Positions 62,307 through 64,000 of a stretch of DNA of 64,000 nt are shown here, piece by piece; positions within the stretch are counted from its first letter, which is position 1; each line of letters opens with the position of its first letter. The stretch is from Macrostomum lignano (Eukaryota). The position numbers and the translations under genes were made by a program. Below the pieces are notes generated by a model. That model was not told the origin of the DNA, made no database searches, and saw nothing but the letters and a program-made list of their open reading frames with translations. The stretch lies in the NCBI GenBank assembly GCA_002269645.1, contig NIVC01003127.1, forward strand, positions 1-64,000, in the 5' to 3' direction.

Positions 62307-64000
62307 ACGGATGAATAGGATGAAGGAAAGAATATAAAGGAAAGATAAACAATTGTTGCTATATAGTCTCTTAAGTAAAATACTTTTTAACTACTTTATA
62401 AATAGCTTAGTAACACTTTGCTTTAGATCCTATATCTTGCATGGTGTAGATACATATAAATTTAGAATACAGTTACTACTTATCCAAGCGTCTAGTCAAG
62501 TGCAGAACAGTCTACTTTATTCCACGGCTCATATGATCATTAAAGCGACAGACAAGCGGGTATTACGACTTACATTATTTTTCGGTATGAGAGGTTTTGA
62601 TTCACTCACTGCAGTGATAAATGAACCAGTCTCCAAAGCCCCTGCAGGAATGCAAAATATACAGAGTAGATGGATGTAGGAATTTCATGTCAAAAGTAAA
62701 CATTTTATAGACATTGTCATAAAAAATCCTTACTTCTGATAATTCTCAAAAATTCACAAACTGCTGCTTTGATTCGTAACTGCAGTGACATGTTTTCAGG
62801 TTTGAGCATGGATCTATTGGTTTGAGTGGTTGGGCTGTTGTACAATGTAGATTTAAAATTCTTAGTCTTCATCATCAGTTATAAAAATCCTATTTAAAAT
62901 TTGCAGACAATTTGCAGCCATTCAAAATCTTTTTTAACGCAAGAAGCCTGAACTGAAGAGCTACCTGGGTTACAATTCGAATATTTCAGATAACTGCATC
63001 GCAATCTCATGGAACATCATCATCAAAATTTCATTGTCAATGTAGGTCTTCTAGCAACAAGAATGCAACAACTGCTTTTAGAATGTTTTTTTTCTTTTCA
63101 TATTATATACATAGGCAATCGTGAATAAAGGGCCTTAATCAAGATTTTTCACCAATAAAGTTTAGGAGATTATCTCGGGTTAAACAATGTTAAATGTGCG
63201 AGTAAGGAGATATACAAAACCAATAAACCAAGCATAAAATTGTTTTAATTGTATTTAAGAGCAATCCTAACTAAATGCAAAAGTACGCGACGCACCCTCT
63301 ATCGGGCTTTCCTGCATCATCCGTCTCTTTTTCAATTCCTGCCCCGGTCGATTCGGCAGAATTCTTAGCACAAAATCGCTTGATGTACCTGCGAATGGAA
63401 TGTTTTATTCTGTATAGTATGAATGCATCAAGGCACGTGCAGCCCAAATTAGCTGCTGAAAAAAATCAGCCTCTTGCAGGCTTTGAGGTGCCAAAGTGAC
63501 CATCAAGGTGCCACAAATGATCAGCAAGGTGCAAAAAATGAGTGCTGATAACTTCTTAAGCTATTGTATAATTGTCTACATAAATATATATTAGTTACAA
63601 TATATCGGGTTAAGACCGCGGCTTTGGGGGCTCTCACTTTTTATAACTACGTGAGAAACTTCTATCAGTTAATATTCACGAAATCTGCTTACAAAAATTA
63701 ACTAAAAAGGGTAACAAACATAATTTCAGAAATTCTGAAAACCGTAAATTAAGAATCCGTCTCACCTGCACCTACCATCAACTTTTGAATATGAATATGA
63801 CTTTAAAGGATTTTTTTAGAAGGTTGCCTGCATGTTTCCGTCTGTGTGGTGTTGATTGATAAACTATCGCCAGCCTACTGATCTGTTTTTATCTACATGT
63901 AAGCCTGTCTATAAGCTCCTACTCAGGCAATTGTTCATTTTTTCCAGGCCGATTAGGCGATCGACCTACCACTTCTGTACAGAAATTAAGCTTCAGACGT

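Noticed and set aside
62700-63350. Candidate further upstream exons of the LRAT-like gene
   Set aside because: The donor/acceptor pairs I found did not give a consistent open frame; transcript data are needed.
1-64000. tRNA or rRNA genes
   Set aside because: Only SINE-type B-box fragments were seen; no full cloverleaf or rRNA-like sequence.

Overview
Eukaryotic (metazoan) genomic DNA, not prokaryotic. It has GT-AG introns, GC-rich exons and AT-rich intergenic DNA crowded with minisatellites, which suggests (inference only) a repeat-rich invertebrate such as the free-living flatworm Macrostomum. Most ORFs in the supplied track are artefacts of tandem repeats or antisense shadows. Supported genes: (+) ATRX, 5 exons visible, no ADD domain in the window; (+) CYP2-clan cytochrome P450, 5 exons, every intron holding a different minisatellite; (+) secreted PAN-like/fibrinogen-related protein; (-) GT7 beta-1,4-glycosyltransferase with a GalNAc-transferase-type residue; (+) three single-exon C-type lectin/PAN-like paralogs, one a pseudogene, with hypervariable ligand-binding loops on a near-identical frame; (-) a membrane protein with about three catalytically dead LRAT/NlpC-P60-like repeats and an in-frame Cys-rich 33-bp repeat. 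Mobile DNA: a 2.4-kb foldback-like element with 150-bp subrepeats and TTAA flanks, hAT-type MITEs with 8-bp TSDs, a mariner derivative, tRNA-type SINEs, and a Penelope-like relic with an unusual domain order and a CpG-decayed hammerhead ribozyme. The relic sits inside a sharply bounded ~6-kb CpG-depleted domain. All counts and alignments were done by eye, with no database searches.
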